A DNA stretch of 64,000 nt from Octopus vulgaris (Eukaryota): assembly GCA_951406725.2 (NCBI GenBank), contig OX597832.1, positions 1,178,001 to 1,242,000 of the forward strand. Reading direction: 5' to 3'. Position 1 is the stretch's first letter. Every line of letters begins with the position of its first letter. Position numbers and translations under genes: made by a program. Below are positions 52,102-63,910 of the stretch, piece after piece. A model generated the notes under the pieces. That model saw only the letters and a list, made by a program, of their open reading frames with translations. It ran no database searches and was not told the origin of the DNA.

Positions 52102-52689
52102 TATATAAACACACGTTATTGGTAATTCCCAGAAAAGTGGGGTTTATCTCTTGGTCCGTTCTCATAAATATTTCACTAATCCAGTAGCAACAATACAAAA
52201 TATGTAGCCTTAAAAGAGTTTTTGTGCATTTACAGAGAATACTGAACTGTCTCACATAGGATCTTGTTTTTAGGAAATTCCAGTAAGTTATGGATACCAA
52301 AACCCTGAAGTCAGTTATGTAATAACATGCAAATTAGTTACCTGATATTAAGAATTCAAATAAAGTAGCCCTGATAAGAGCTTTGATGCACTCCCAGAAT
52401 GTATAGAATTTAGGAGGAAATACTAATAAGGTATTTATACCAAAATTGTTAAGCATGTTGCGTAATAACAGGCAAATTGAATATGAGAGAATAACAATTC
52501 AAAATAAGTAACTCTGAAAAGTTCTTAATGCAGCGCTTGTCAATTGGCTGAAGTGACATGAAAGGCATCGTCATTCATGGTATATTGGTGAATAAGTCAC
52601 TAAATGAAATAAGTGGATCTATTGTTGAGGAAAATACTATTTACTTGTTTAAGGGTTGTTCTGGGTAAAGTGCAAAAATAAACCTACCA

Positions 52690-53095
52690 GGGATCTTTTC
52701 GGTTTGAACGGCAGTTTTTTAAAATAATTTCCATGTAACTAAACACTTTTAAACTTCGTATACTGGTAGAATGTGTTTATAAAACATCTTTTTCTTGTGG
52801 CTTTGAGAAAATTCTATAGTTTGTAAGATATTTGTTGTTTTTTTCTTCAATTTCAACTAATCAATGACGTCTATTGAGGTGAAAACATTCTGTGCTGAAT
52901 GAATATGTCCCTCGTTTAAGAAACAGATTGGGTTTATTTACATTTCTGAAGAAAAAAAGATACCCTTCCCCCCACCCCTAACCCTAACCCTAAAACAGAT
53001 TGAAATGCAATAGATTGATACTAGGGTCATAATTATGGGTGACAATTTCATATGACACCGCTAGAAAAAACTGCCGCTCAAACCGAAAAGATCCC
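52690..53095. mobile_element. MITE with about 30-bp TIRs and a 6-bp TSD
   Basis: TIRs GGGATCTTTTCGGTTTGAACGGCAGTTTTT / AAAAAACTGCCGCTCAAACCGAAAAGATCCC, with CTACCA on both flanks. Confidence 0.9.
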
Positions 53096-53374
53096 CTACC
53101 AGTTCAAATGCTAAGAAATAAACATACTCAACTTGATTTATATCAAATAAAATGTAATATTTTGAAAATTTTTTGCACAGTTGCCATGGAAACAGTATGT
53201 TAATGGTAAAGTTTGCAAATAAATTGTGGCATTGACATATCCATAACTCATGGTGAGATTTAATTCAACTTTGTTTTAAATGAAAGATCTAAGGAAGGTC
53301 TATGAAATGTCATTAAATTTATATATTGAATTAGGACAGAGGTTAGATTGATAGTATCACTGATCTTGTCTGAC

Positions 53375-56300
53375 TGTGGGATGACGTCAGCAGCTGGGGA
53401 GCTGACCGGAACTTGGGGCTGACCGGAAGAGGAAGGGGCAGGAGTGACGCGGGCGCAAGCAGGAAAGGATTGGGACTTTTCGATCGAGGTAGTCAAAGGA
53501 GTCAGACGCGTCAGCACGTTGTTAAGGTAGAGGAGAAGCAGCTGCTATTTCTAGTGTTCGGATCGAGCTGTGTTGAAGGGTCCATTACCACTGAGTGGTC
53601 TCCGTTGAACGAAGAGAAGCTAGGTGTCCATATTTCGGCGCTCCATATAAGACGTCACCACGATGGCAGCGAAAATCAGGATCGCCAGCGACATTATCAG
53701 ATTCTTTAATGGTGAGGGCAATGTTGTGGCCTGGATTCGTAAAATCAGGCTGGTGGCAAGACTGCAAGGCATAAGCGATGTGGCAAGTCTTATGGTGCTG
53801 TATTTGGAAGGAAAGCAGATGGACGAGGAAGAACGTCTGAGCGAGGAGAAGATCGAGCAACGCCTGAGAGATGCTTACACCGAGTGTGAGTATACAGCTT
53901 TTGTTAAGCTGGGTACGATTAGATGGACGGGAGGACAGGTGAACGAATACGTGGCAGAAGTGCGAAGGTTAGCCACGCTGGCTGGTTTTACAGGAGAAGG
54001 GCTGGAGAGAGCAGTGCGACTGGCATTCGTAAATGGGTTTTCCGACGACGTAGGGATTCGCCTACAACAATTGCCCGGGAGTAAAAAGATGGTGCTGAGT
54101 GAACTTGTGACTCAAACCCGAGTGTTGTCGTGACACACTGGGCGGAAGGCGATAGTGATGGCAGTAACAGAGGTGCATAAAGACGGCCGGAGAAAGACGT
54201 GAAGAAGCCTACTGTGTAACGACAGCGGCCAGTCTCAGGTCAGTGTTTTAGATGTCAGGGGTCACACAGGGCGAGGGAGTGTACACAACCGGGGCCCGTT
54301 TGCTATCGATGCAGGCAGACAGAGCACATCGCCTGCGATTGCGACCAGGGAAACGACCATGGGGAAATTGCTGCCTCTCGAACTTTCCCCGCAAGTAGAG
54401 GCGATTTTGGAGATGCAGCCCTTAATTGATATCGGGGCCGAGGGGAAGACTTCAAGGCATTCATGGATACGGGTTGCACGACCACCCTTGTGACTTCAAG
54501 AGTGGCGAAGAAATGGATAGGGGCAAGTAGCGTCCGGGGAGTCGACGGCAGCGAAATCCGTTGCAAAGGCAACAGCAAGGTAGAGATAGTGGTGTGAGGC
54601 ATGACGCTAAGGCTGCAGGTAATTGTGGCTGAATGCGTGATAGATGGGGTTGATGTGGTGATGGGGATGGACGCCATTAACCGCCTCAGTGGCGTCAGTA
54701 TTGTGGGAGATGAGGTCACATTCGCCAGAGAGAGCAGAGCTCTGCGAGGGATTGCGCCGCTTACACCATCGAAGACAAAGATTTTCAGGCGGCGTTCGAT
54801 GGTCAGCGGTGGACAATAGAGTGGCAATGGAAAGACAAGCCCCCGATGCTGAAAAACAGCGTGAGCTGCTACCAGCATACCCTGAAAGGTCATGCCAGGG
54901 TCGAGTTTGAAGACAAGGTGGAGAGGTGGATTGAGGAAGGGGTCCTTGTCCCTTGGGAGGAGGAGGTAGTGGGCAGAGTGCTACCCCTGATGGTGGTGGT
55001 GCAGCCTACAAAGGGAAAAGTCAGACCGGTGCTGGACTTCAGGGAGCTAAACCAACATCATGTCACACGGGAGGTGAGGCGACGGAAGTTTGTGGCGAGA
55101 CGTTACGTGCGTGGAGACAGTCGATCAAGGCAGCGACGATTGTCGACTTGAAATCGGCATACTTGCAGCTCCGTGTAAGCGACAAACTGTGGCGATATCA
55201 GCTGGTGCGGTACAAAGGCTGGACGTACTGTTTAACCAGGCTGGGTTGCAGACTGAATTCCGTTCCGAAGATCATGGCGGCAGTGCTTAAGTCCGTCCTA
55301 GGGAAAGACGGCAAGATTAGAAAGGCCACCAGTTCCTACATAGATAACATTTTGGTGGACGAAACTGTAGTGCCAGCCAACGAGGTAGTTAGACATCTGG
55401 AGAAGTTCGGACTTATTGTGAAGCCACCAGAGTCGATGGAAGGGGGAGCTGCACTGGGGCTGAAGCTGCAAAGAGATAGATTGGGTGAGTTGGTGTTCTG
55501 GAGAGGGAATGAAATCCCAGAGCTGAGTTCCAGTGTCAGCAGGAGAGAGCTGTTCTCGGTGCGTGGGATGTTGGTCGGTCACTACCTGATCGCTAGATGG
55601 CTGTGCACAGCGTGCAGTTACACCAAGAGATGAGCAGAGGAGGAGAGTTGGGGCGAGAAGGTGGGAGAAGGGACGGTGGTGATGATGCAGGAAATCCTAG
55701 AGAGGACGAAAGCGGAAGACTCGCTCAGGGGGAACTGGTATGTGCCCAAGACGGAATGCGGGACCGTCTGGTGTGATGCTAGCAGTATAGCAATAGGGGT
55801 TGCGTTGGCGATCGAAGGCGTTTCGGAAAGCAGATGACTTCAACCACATCAATGTTGCCGAATTAGATGCGGTGCTAAACGGGGTGAACTTGGCCCTGAA
55901 ATGGGGGCTTCACTGTGCTTGGCTGGGTAAGATCGGTGATCACCTGTGAAAGGAGAGTTCGGACTGAAGCTGAACGTGGTTTTCGTGCCTTCGGAGAAAA
56001 ACAGGGTGGACGCACTGACCAGGGTGAAAAGGGCGTGGTTGGAGGAGCCGGAGGAGGCTCGGAAAGGGATAGCTGTGGCATGTCGGTTGGATGACTCTGA
56101 ACTGAAGAGACAGCATGCTATGCATCACTCTGGTGAAGAAAATTGATGCTGATGTCACTAGGAGAAGCATCCGGAAAGTGGTCGAGAGATGCGACAGGTG
56201 TCATGCGGGCATGAGCAAGGAAATCTTTCGGTGGAGCACAACTGGAAAAGGCTAGCTGTGGATATGACGCACTACCGTCAGGGAATGTATCTCTCCACGG

Positions 56301-57298
56301 TCGACTGCGGGCCGGCTGGCCATTTGGAGGGAGTTGAGAACGAGTAATGCTGATGAGATTGCGCAGATTTTGAATGGGATATTTTTAGAGAGAGGTCCCA
56401 TGGAAGAACTGCTAATGGACAACGGGGCGGCATTTCATTCGGAAGCATTGAGGGATATCCTCGACCGGTGGAAAGTGCGTCGCTTGTTCAGAGCAGCATA
56501 TAGGCCGAGCGGTAACGGGATCATAGAGAGGCACCATCGAACAGTCAAGACCATAGCAGAAAGAGGACACATTTCGCCGCTGGAAGCAGTTTTTTGGTAC
56601 AACTTGTCTCCCCGATCTGGACAAGCTGAAGAATCTGTGCCGCAGAGAGCTGTATTTAAATATGAATGGAGGCACCCGAGTAAAGCACCGGAGGGCCACG
56701 AGGAAGAGAAGGGACCTGCTTGCGTGAAAATAGGGGAGGAAGTCTGGGTTAAGCCACTGAAGGCGCACTGTACATCTCAATGGAACAGAGGAACGGTGAC
56801 GGCGGTCAATTCCAGAAACAATGTCTCCATGGATGGAATGCCGCGACATGTCTTGGACCTACGCAGGATTGTCGCTTCATCGGAAGACGATTATGGGGAG
56901 GGGGAGAACGAGGTGCCTAGCCTGAGAAGATCTCAACGCGCAAGGCGCTCTCCCAGTTGGATGGTGGACTACGACGTGGAGTAGAGAGATTGTGATCTTT
57001 AAGATCAGGGTGGCGTGTGGGATGATGTCAGCAGCTGGGGAGCTGACCAGAACTTGGGGCTGACTGGAAGAGGAAGGAGCAGGAGTGACGTGCGCGCAGG
57101 CAGGGCAGGATTGGGCCTTTTCGATTGAGGTAGCCGAAGGAGTCAGACGTGTGAGCACGTTGTTATGGTAGGGGAGAAGCAGCTGCTATTTCTAGTGTTC
57201 GGGTCAGGCTGCGTTGAAGGGTCCATTACCACTGAGCGATCTCCGTCAAGTGAAGAGAACGTAGGTGTTCTTATTTCGAATCTCTCGTATACACCACA
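53375..57298 (+). mobile_element. Compact Ty3/Gypsy element (family B), degenerate
   Basis: LTRs at 53375-53662 and 57016-57298; flanks ctgac/atgac; PBS TGGCAGCG. Contains gag with CCHC remnants, protease FMDTGCT, RT (VDLKSAYLQ, YIDN), RNase H (WCDAS) and IN (MDNG...NGIIER). Confidence 0.93.
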
Positions 57299-57657
57299 AT
57301 GACAACTTCTTGTAACAAAGTCCACATAATGTAGAATGCACATGTATTTATACAATGTAACCATTGGCAATCGGTCACTCTAATATTATTGCTTCTCTAA
57401 TAAATGGAGGGAGAAAAACAAAGAAAAATGAATGGGTTATTTCCTTTTGGCCGTTAAAGGAAAATAGGTCGGTTACATCTGGACCCCTTCTAGGGGCCCT
57501 AGCCATCCAATTATAAATTTTTACTAAACTACAATGAGCCTAGTAGCAAACTGGATGTAGGTTTAACATGTATAAAAAGTTTCATGAAGATTCGTTAATG
57601 GGTGTAGATGGCAACTTGACACTAACAGACAACCAAACAAATTGCCATTTATGTGTG

Positions 57658-57723
<66 letters not shown>

Positions 57724-57786
57724 AATATATAAAATTGAATAATTTAGGGTCAACAGGAAGGAATCCAGTTTGACAGTTATTTTTTA

Positions 57787-57892
57787 ATCATGACAAATGT
57801 TTCCACACAACATAGTTCTTCATACATACAGGTATTTGATTATGCTACTGTTTACCTGTATAATGGGATCTAGTTGTATTTCTTCAGATGAT
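57787..57892 (-). ncRNA. Type I hammerhead with an about 77-nt extended stem II
   Basis: ATCAT-CTGAAGA-(long hairpin)-GAAACATTTGTC-ATGAT. Confidence 0.8.
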
Positions 57893-58105
57893 ATTCAATT
57901 GCTGTCTCTGTTAGTAAAAAGCCTCTGACTTCGATGCTAGCACATCCATCTACTTTGTTTGAATTTACTACTCATGGCAGGCACGTTGAAGCACATTAAC
58001 AGCAACCAGAATGAAACTGCCAGCATCTACTAAATTCAAACAAGGCAGATGGATGTGCTAGCATCAAAGTCAGAGGTTTTTTACTAACAGAGACAGCAAT
58101 TGAAT

Positions 58106-58211
58106 ATCACCTGAAGAAATACAAATGGATCTCATTATACAGATAAACAGTTATATAATCAAAAACTTGGACATATGAAGAACTATGTTGTGTGGAAATA
58201 TTTGTCATGAT
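58106..58211 (+). ncRNA. Hammerhead copy (partly mutated)
   Basis: ATCAC-CTGAAGA...GAAATATTTGTC-ATGAT, with a mismatch in stem I and a wobble pair in stem III. Confidence 0.65.
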
Positions 58212-58682
58212 TAAAAAATAACTGTCAAACTGGATTCCTTCCTGTTGTCCCTAAATTATTCAATTTTATTTTCACACGACGAATGCCAAAATCTAGATTT
58301 GGAAGTATATCATAATACTACCAGCTATCTGGTAATTCTAAGGGTGAACAAGCTCTATACTGTACTCTGCTATGTTCCTAATGGAATACACCTTAAATAA
58401 CACTGACAAAAACTAGAAGTCGCTTTTTTTTGAATCAGAGTACTACAAAGGGTCAAAGGATGGAAAAACTAAATCTAGACTTCTCACTAAAGGACATCTC
58501 CATTCCAACTAAAAATGAATATTTCAGATAATAAAATTTCACATGTGCAGCCCAACATAAGGAACAGATCAAAAATTAACAGCATGCAGAATGAAACTGC
58601 CAGCATCTACTAAATTCAAACAAAGCAGATGAATATGCTAGCATTAAAGTTGGAAGTTTTTTTACAGAGACAGCAATTGAAT

Positions 58683-58788
58683 ATCATCTGAAGAAATACA
58701 AATGGATCCCATTATACAGGTAAACAGTAGCATAATCAAATACCTGTATGTATGAAGAACTATGTTGTGCGGAAACATTTGTCATGAT
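58683..58788 (+). ncRNA. Type I hammerhead with an extended stem II
   Basis: ATCAT-CTGAAGA...GAAACATTTGTC-ATGAT; the GUC triplet ends at 58783. Confidence 0.8.
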
Positions 58789-58958
58789 TAAAAAATAACT
58801 GCCCAACCGAATTCCTTCCTATTGACTCTAACTTATTCAATTTTATGACGAATGCCAAAATCTAGACTTGGAAGTATATCATAATACTACCAGCTATTTG
58901 GTAATTCTAAGGGTGAATGAGCTCTACACTGTACTCTGCTACGTCCCTAACAAAATAA

Positions 58959-59025
<67 letters not shown>

Positions 59026-59109
59026 AAATATGTGAGAGTTAGGTATATTTGAGAAAAGAATGACTTCACTGGTTGATCTAATCAGTTCGAATTATTATTT
59101 TTTAACTTT

Positions 59110-59912
59110 TTAATAATGAGCAACTGGTAAAGCTTAGGTACACAAATTGCAACAATGTTTGGGTACCACATGAGTTGAGTGAGAAGAACCTTTTGGATTG
59201 CATTTCCATCTGTGATTCGCTTTATAAATGGAATGAAAACATGCCTTTTTTAAAGCAAATTGTGAGAGGTGACGAGAAATGGATTATCTACCGAAATGTT
59301 CAGTGAAAGCGATCCTGGAGTAAGCGACATGAGCCACCCTTAGCCACTCCAAAAGCAGGTCTTCACCCTAAAAAAAGTCTTGCTTTGTGTCTGGTGGGAT
59401 TGGAAAGGAATTCTGTACTATGAGCTTCTCCCAAGTAACCAGACAATTAATTCTGAGAAATACTGCACACAACTGGACGAGTTAAAAGCAGCAATTCAAG
59501 AGAAATGTCCAGAATTGGCCAACAGGAGGAGTGTTGTTATCCAACATGATAATGCAAGATCGCACATTTCTTTGGGAACCAGACAAAAATTGCTGCAGCT
59601 CAGCTGGGATGTGTTACCCCACCCTCCATATTCACCAGATATTCCTCCTTCGGATTTCCACTTATTCAGGTCTCTGCAGAATAGTCTTAATGGTAAAAAT
59701 TTCAATTCCTTGGATGACGTAAAAAAATACCATGATGAATTCTTTGCCATGAAACCATCTCAATTCTGGGAAGAGGATATTTTCAAGTTAAAGGAAGGAT
59801 GGAGAATCATTGTGCAACAAAATGGTTCATATTTGGTTGATTAAAAATGTAATGGCAAGTATTTATTGACCATTTTCTTTCCTTTAAAAATCGGCACAAA
59901 CTTTCCGGACAT
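59110..59912 (+). mobile_element. Mariner fragment (3' two-thirds)
   Basis: Motifs WVPHELSE, GDEKWI, QHDNAR and HPPYSPDIPPSDFHLF. Confidence 0.92.
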
Positions 59913-61672
59913 TATTTTTTACCTGTTTCAGCCATTAGACTGTGGCCACCACCTTGAAAAATTTTAGCATGAACAAAGTGACCCCAGTATTTTTTAAGCC
60001 TGGTTTTTATTCTCTGTCTCTTTTATTGAACTGCTAAGCTATGGAGATGTTTTAAACACACCAACACCAGCTGATCCTGCCACTGTAGAATGTTGACAAA
60101 CTTCTTACTCTCTGTTGCTGCCATTGTGAAACAATTTTCTTGACTTCCAGTAATTTGTTGCCTATGCTATTACTTCTCCCTAAGGCGTCTCCTTTACCTT
60201 CCTGCACAACATGATGGTCACCTAACTTCCTGTCTCAGTTACCTGTTATAGTTCTCTGTTGGCTCCTTTCTCGCAGTTTTTTCAGCAAGTTGACTGAAAG
60301 AACTTCCAAATGTCATCTATGCTAAATGTTGCTATCTCTTCTACCATCTTGTCAAATGTTTCACTTAGTACTTCTCTAAATTTCTGACTCTTCAATGGAC
60401 CTTTAAGCATTACTTGTGTAGACACAAAAAATGTTAATGAAGGGTAAAGGAGAATTTGAAATATTTACACATTTATAAGTGTCAGGAAATAAGCTGTAGT
60501 GTTATTAAAACCATGCCATGTATTTGCCTTGGTATGAGCTAACATGTATTCTACAGCACTTGCTACTGCTTTCACAAATATTAATAAATTATTTGGGTTT
60601 ATAAGGTTTAAATGTAGCATGTGTTATACTGCTGTGCAGATTATGAACAATGTGTGATGTCTGTAAGCTAACTGAAACTCAGATTGACATAAGTGACTCT
60701 ATATATTTAACTAAGAATAACAATTTTATTGATAAATATTAGCATATACAAATCTAGAGGATAAGCCTGTAGTTGTCACTAGGATGCTAGTCTACAGTGT
60801 CAGTAGTCTGTATTCCACAAGAGTGCCTGAATTTGGTTTCTACAATGTTAAGTGTGTAACAGAAAAAAAAGTCTTTCTGGAGAGAACAGTAATCAGTAGA
60901 ATATAGCAAAGAACTCTAATGCTCCCAGAGTTCTGAGTCTATATTAGCCTCATTTTGATCATACCACCCCTTTTGTATACTCATTATTTACATTTACAAT
61001 GCAATACTTGACACCTCCAATTTTGAAATAGAAAGCAGATGTCCCTCTGTATTTATCACCAAATGGTGTAAAAACAAAAGAAACCATTCATGCTTCTGTA
61101 TATTGAAATATTTTTACTTTCAATACTAGCTTTGATGTAAAGACAGCTAAGTGTATGATAAAAAGATAACCTCATTCTATAATATCTAAGTGAGGAAACA
61201 ATGTGAACATTCCTCACTGATGCTTTCAGAGCCTTCTACAAGATCTGTACTTCTCACTGTTTTCATACCTCTGATTTTGCATAGTGTTGAATATATGAAA
61301 AACATTTCTCAGACAGAACAGTAATATATTGTAGATAACATTCTCAGCAAAGTGCTTCAAAAAATTATATATGCAAGAGTTTTATTATTTATTAATCTCA
61401 CTATGATCACAGCAACTCTATTGTACATTACCATTTGCATTAACTTTACAATACTTGGCACTCTCAATTTTAAGATACATCTACTATTCCTTTGCACTTA
61501 CCATTGGCCAGCACTTCAATATATATGCTAGAATTTCTATGATCATATCTGTTTTTACTGCCGTAATTGATTTTTTAGCACCACAAATACAAACCTGATT
61601 CTCTACAGAATAGGCTATCTTTGAATGACAATATTAAATAAACAGAAAATAAAAGAAAATATTTGAACCTAC

Positions 61673-61894
61673 CACCAGGATTAAATCCTCCACGTTGAGA
61701 GTTGACAGGACTTTTCCATTCATGCTGCCAAATTTTGATAGAAAATCCTTCGCGTTTCTCATTACTTGAACTTTCAATTTTGAAACGAACAGTCAAATAG
61801 TTACGACTGGTTTTAAATGATGTTTCTAAAGGCAATGAACTTCCACAAAGTCCTTCCATTGGAGTAAGGATGTTAGCATTGTCAACTCGTGGAC
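61673..61894 (-). CDS. Host gene exon: C-terminal half of a CUB-like domain
   Basis: Acceptor tttttgttttatgaaaaag and donor gtaggt; 222 nt, phase 1-1. Translates GPRVDNANILTPMEGLCGSSLPLETSFKTSRNYLTVRFKIESSSNEKREGFSIKIWQHEWKSPVNSQRGGFNPG, matching the CUB pattern LCG...S.N.L.V.F...GF. Confidence 0.85.
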
Positions 61895-62215
61895 CTTTTT
61901 CATAAAACAAAAAGTATTAAGCAAAAATTTGTAGTAAATATGTTAATTTGATTCTCATTAAATCATTTAGTAATATTGTAGTAATATTTTGACAGAATTG
62001 CTAATCTCACACTCATCTCAAAAACTGTGTATGTCTGTATGCTTATATGACAAATACCGGTTGCTCAGTTCATAAAGAGTATAAAGCAGACAAATTTACA
62101 AATGAAACTTGTGGACAAATATAAATATACAACCTGTGACAAATATAAATATACAAACTGGAAGAGAGTTACAGCTCATGAATAAAATACCTAGTGTAAA
62201 CATATATACATAATT

Positions 62216-63910
62216 GTGATGGAAATGTAACTGACCAGAAGGGAGGGGGAGAGATGGTGCAGGAAGACTGGAAGGGATAAGATGACGTCACACTGGTGAG
62301 CGACAAGGAAAGTCACCCTCTTCTTTATGCTGTCAGTGACAGAGGCCAGATGTGGTGTGAAGAGATCGGTCATGTCAATATGTAATAATAACTGAATGAT
62401 CTGCTGGCAGTAGCTGATTGCAAGTTAAAGTAAGAGCAACTCTATTTTTGTACCTTTAAACCATAAGCTATTCTGACAAAATGTTACCAACTATGAGGTT
62501 ATGTCTGTGAACTAGATTTTTAAATTTTTTATGTTGCTCTTATTCTTCTTCATTTTTTTTTTTTTGCAATAGCCACAAAAATCAGAATTGGTAGTGATGT
62601 GTTGAGACCTTTCACTGGGGAAGGTGATGCAGTGGCCTAGATAAAGAAAGTGAGACTCATGGTGAAGGTGCAGGGAATAGAAGATGTGGCTAGCCTTATG
62701 CTATTGTACTTAGAAGGCAGTGTGCTGAATCTGTACTTGGAGAGGGAAGAAGCAGACCAATAGAAAGCAGAAAAAAACTGAAGAGCAGCTGAAAGATGCA
62801 TGCATGGAGGGGCTTTTAAAACCTACAGCAAGCTTGGGATAGTGAAGACGACTATGTGAGTAAGATTAGGAGGTCGGTGGCATAGCAGGGTTTATTGGAT
62901 GGTGAAGCTGTCTTTTGCGACCAGCTTCCCCGATCATATCTCTCTACGTCTGCAGCAGATCCCAGACATTGAAACAATGTCAGTAGGAGAGATGATTGAC
63001 AAATTGCGGGTGTTGTTGCAAAGTGACACACATGATGTAGTGGCAACAGTGACAGTGGATACAAGTGGGATGAAAGGCACAGGTAGTAAACAATGACAGC
63101 AAGAGTCTGGCAAGGTGAATGGTCAAAGGACCATGCTTCAAATGTTGAAGTTCACACATGGTCAGGGAATGCATGGAACCAAAGCCAACACTGGTGTTAC
63201 TGATGCAGCCACCCTGGACACATAGTGAATAACTGAAAGCCGAGCAACAAGCAGAGAGGAACTACTGTGCTACTAGTTCCCTTCATGACCAATTGAAAGT
63301 GCACCACCGAATGTTGCCTGGATACTGTGTTGAAAAGTGTCAAACTAGCATTGAGATAGGGACTGAAAACTGTTGAGGTATGGATTGATTCTGCCACAGT
63401 GCAAGGGTGGGTGGAATCAGTAATCACCAACTGGAAGAGGATTTGCACAAAAGGGGCCATAAGAATGGTGATTAAGTATCGCCTGGGAATCCTGAGGGAG
63501 CAAGCTGCCGAGTTTGACCAGTAGTTGCATGTGGTTTTATGCCCTCAGAAAAGAATGAGGTGGATATTCTAACCAGAGTGAAAAAGCATTTGATGGAAAC
63601 AGCAGAGAATATTCTGAGTGGGGTAGCAGTGGTTTGTTGACTGGAAGATACAGAACTAAGGAGCTGCACAACATGCACCATGTGAGAGTTGACAGGATGG
63701 CTGACCCCAGTGTCACCGGGGAGAGCATTTGGAGGATAGTGGGGAATTGCAACTGGTGCCAATCGATTGATCTCACCCTGAGCACACACGAACCAGGAAA
63801 GATTCAAGTAGAGGAAGATTGGAAGAGGCTAGCCATTGATGTGAGGCGCTATCAGGGAAAGGTGTAGACCAGGGAAAATAGCTATATGGAGAGAAATCAG
63901 GGTGGAGGCT
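62216..63910 (+). mobile_element. Old, internally deleted relative of Gypsy family B
   Basis: Decayed gag (FTGEGDAVA*IKKVRL; VKLSFATSFPDHISLRLQQIP) and an IN zinc-finger remnant (HHVRVDR...CNWCQS...WKRLAIDV). Confidence 0.75.

Larger units (their letters stand above)
57731..58962. mobile_element. Non-coding element with three hammerheads: an inverted arm plus about 1.6 tandem 577-nt units (retrozyme-like)
   Basis: 57731-57968 is an inverted copy of 58030-58268, and 58009-58386 is repeated at 58588-58962. Flanked by (TA)n, with no ORF. Confidence 0.88.

Noticed and set aside
61575-61910. The ORF-track 111-aa protein as a standalone gene
   Set aside because: Only 61673-61894 is bounded by splice sites; the flanks are intron read-through.
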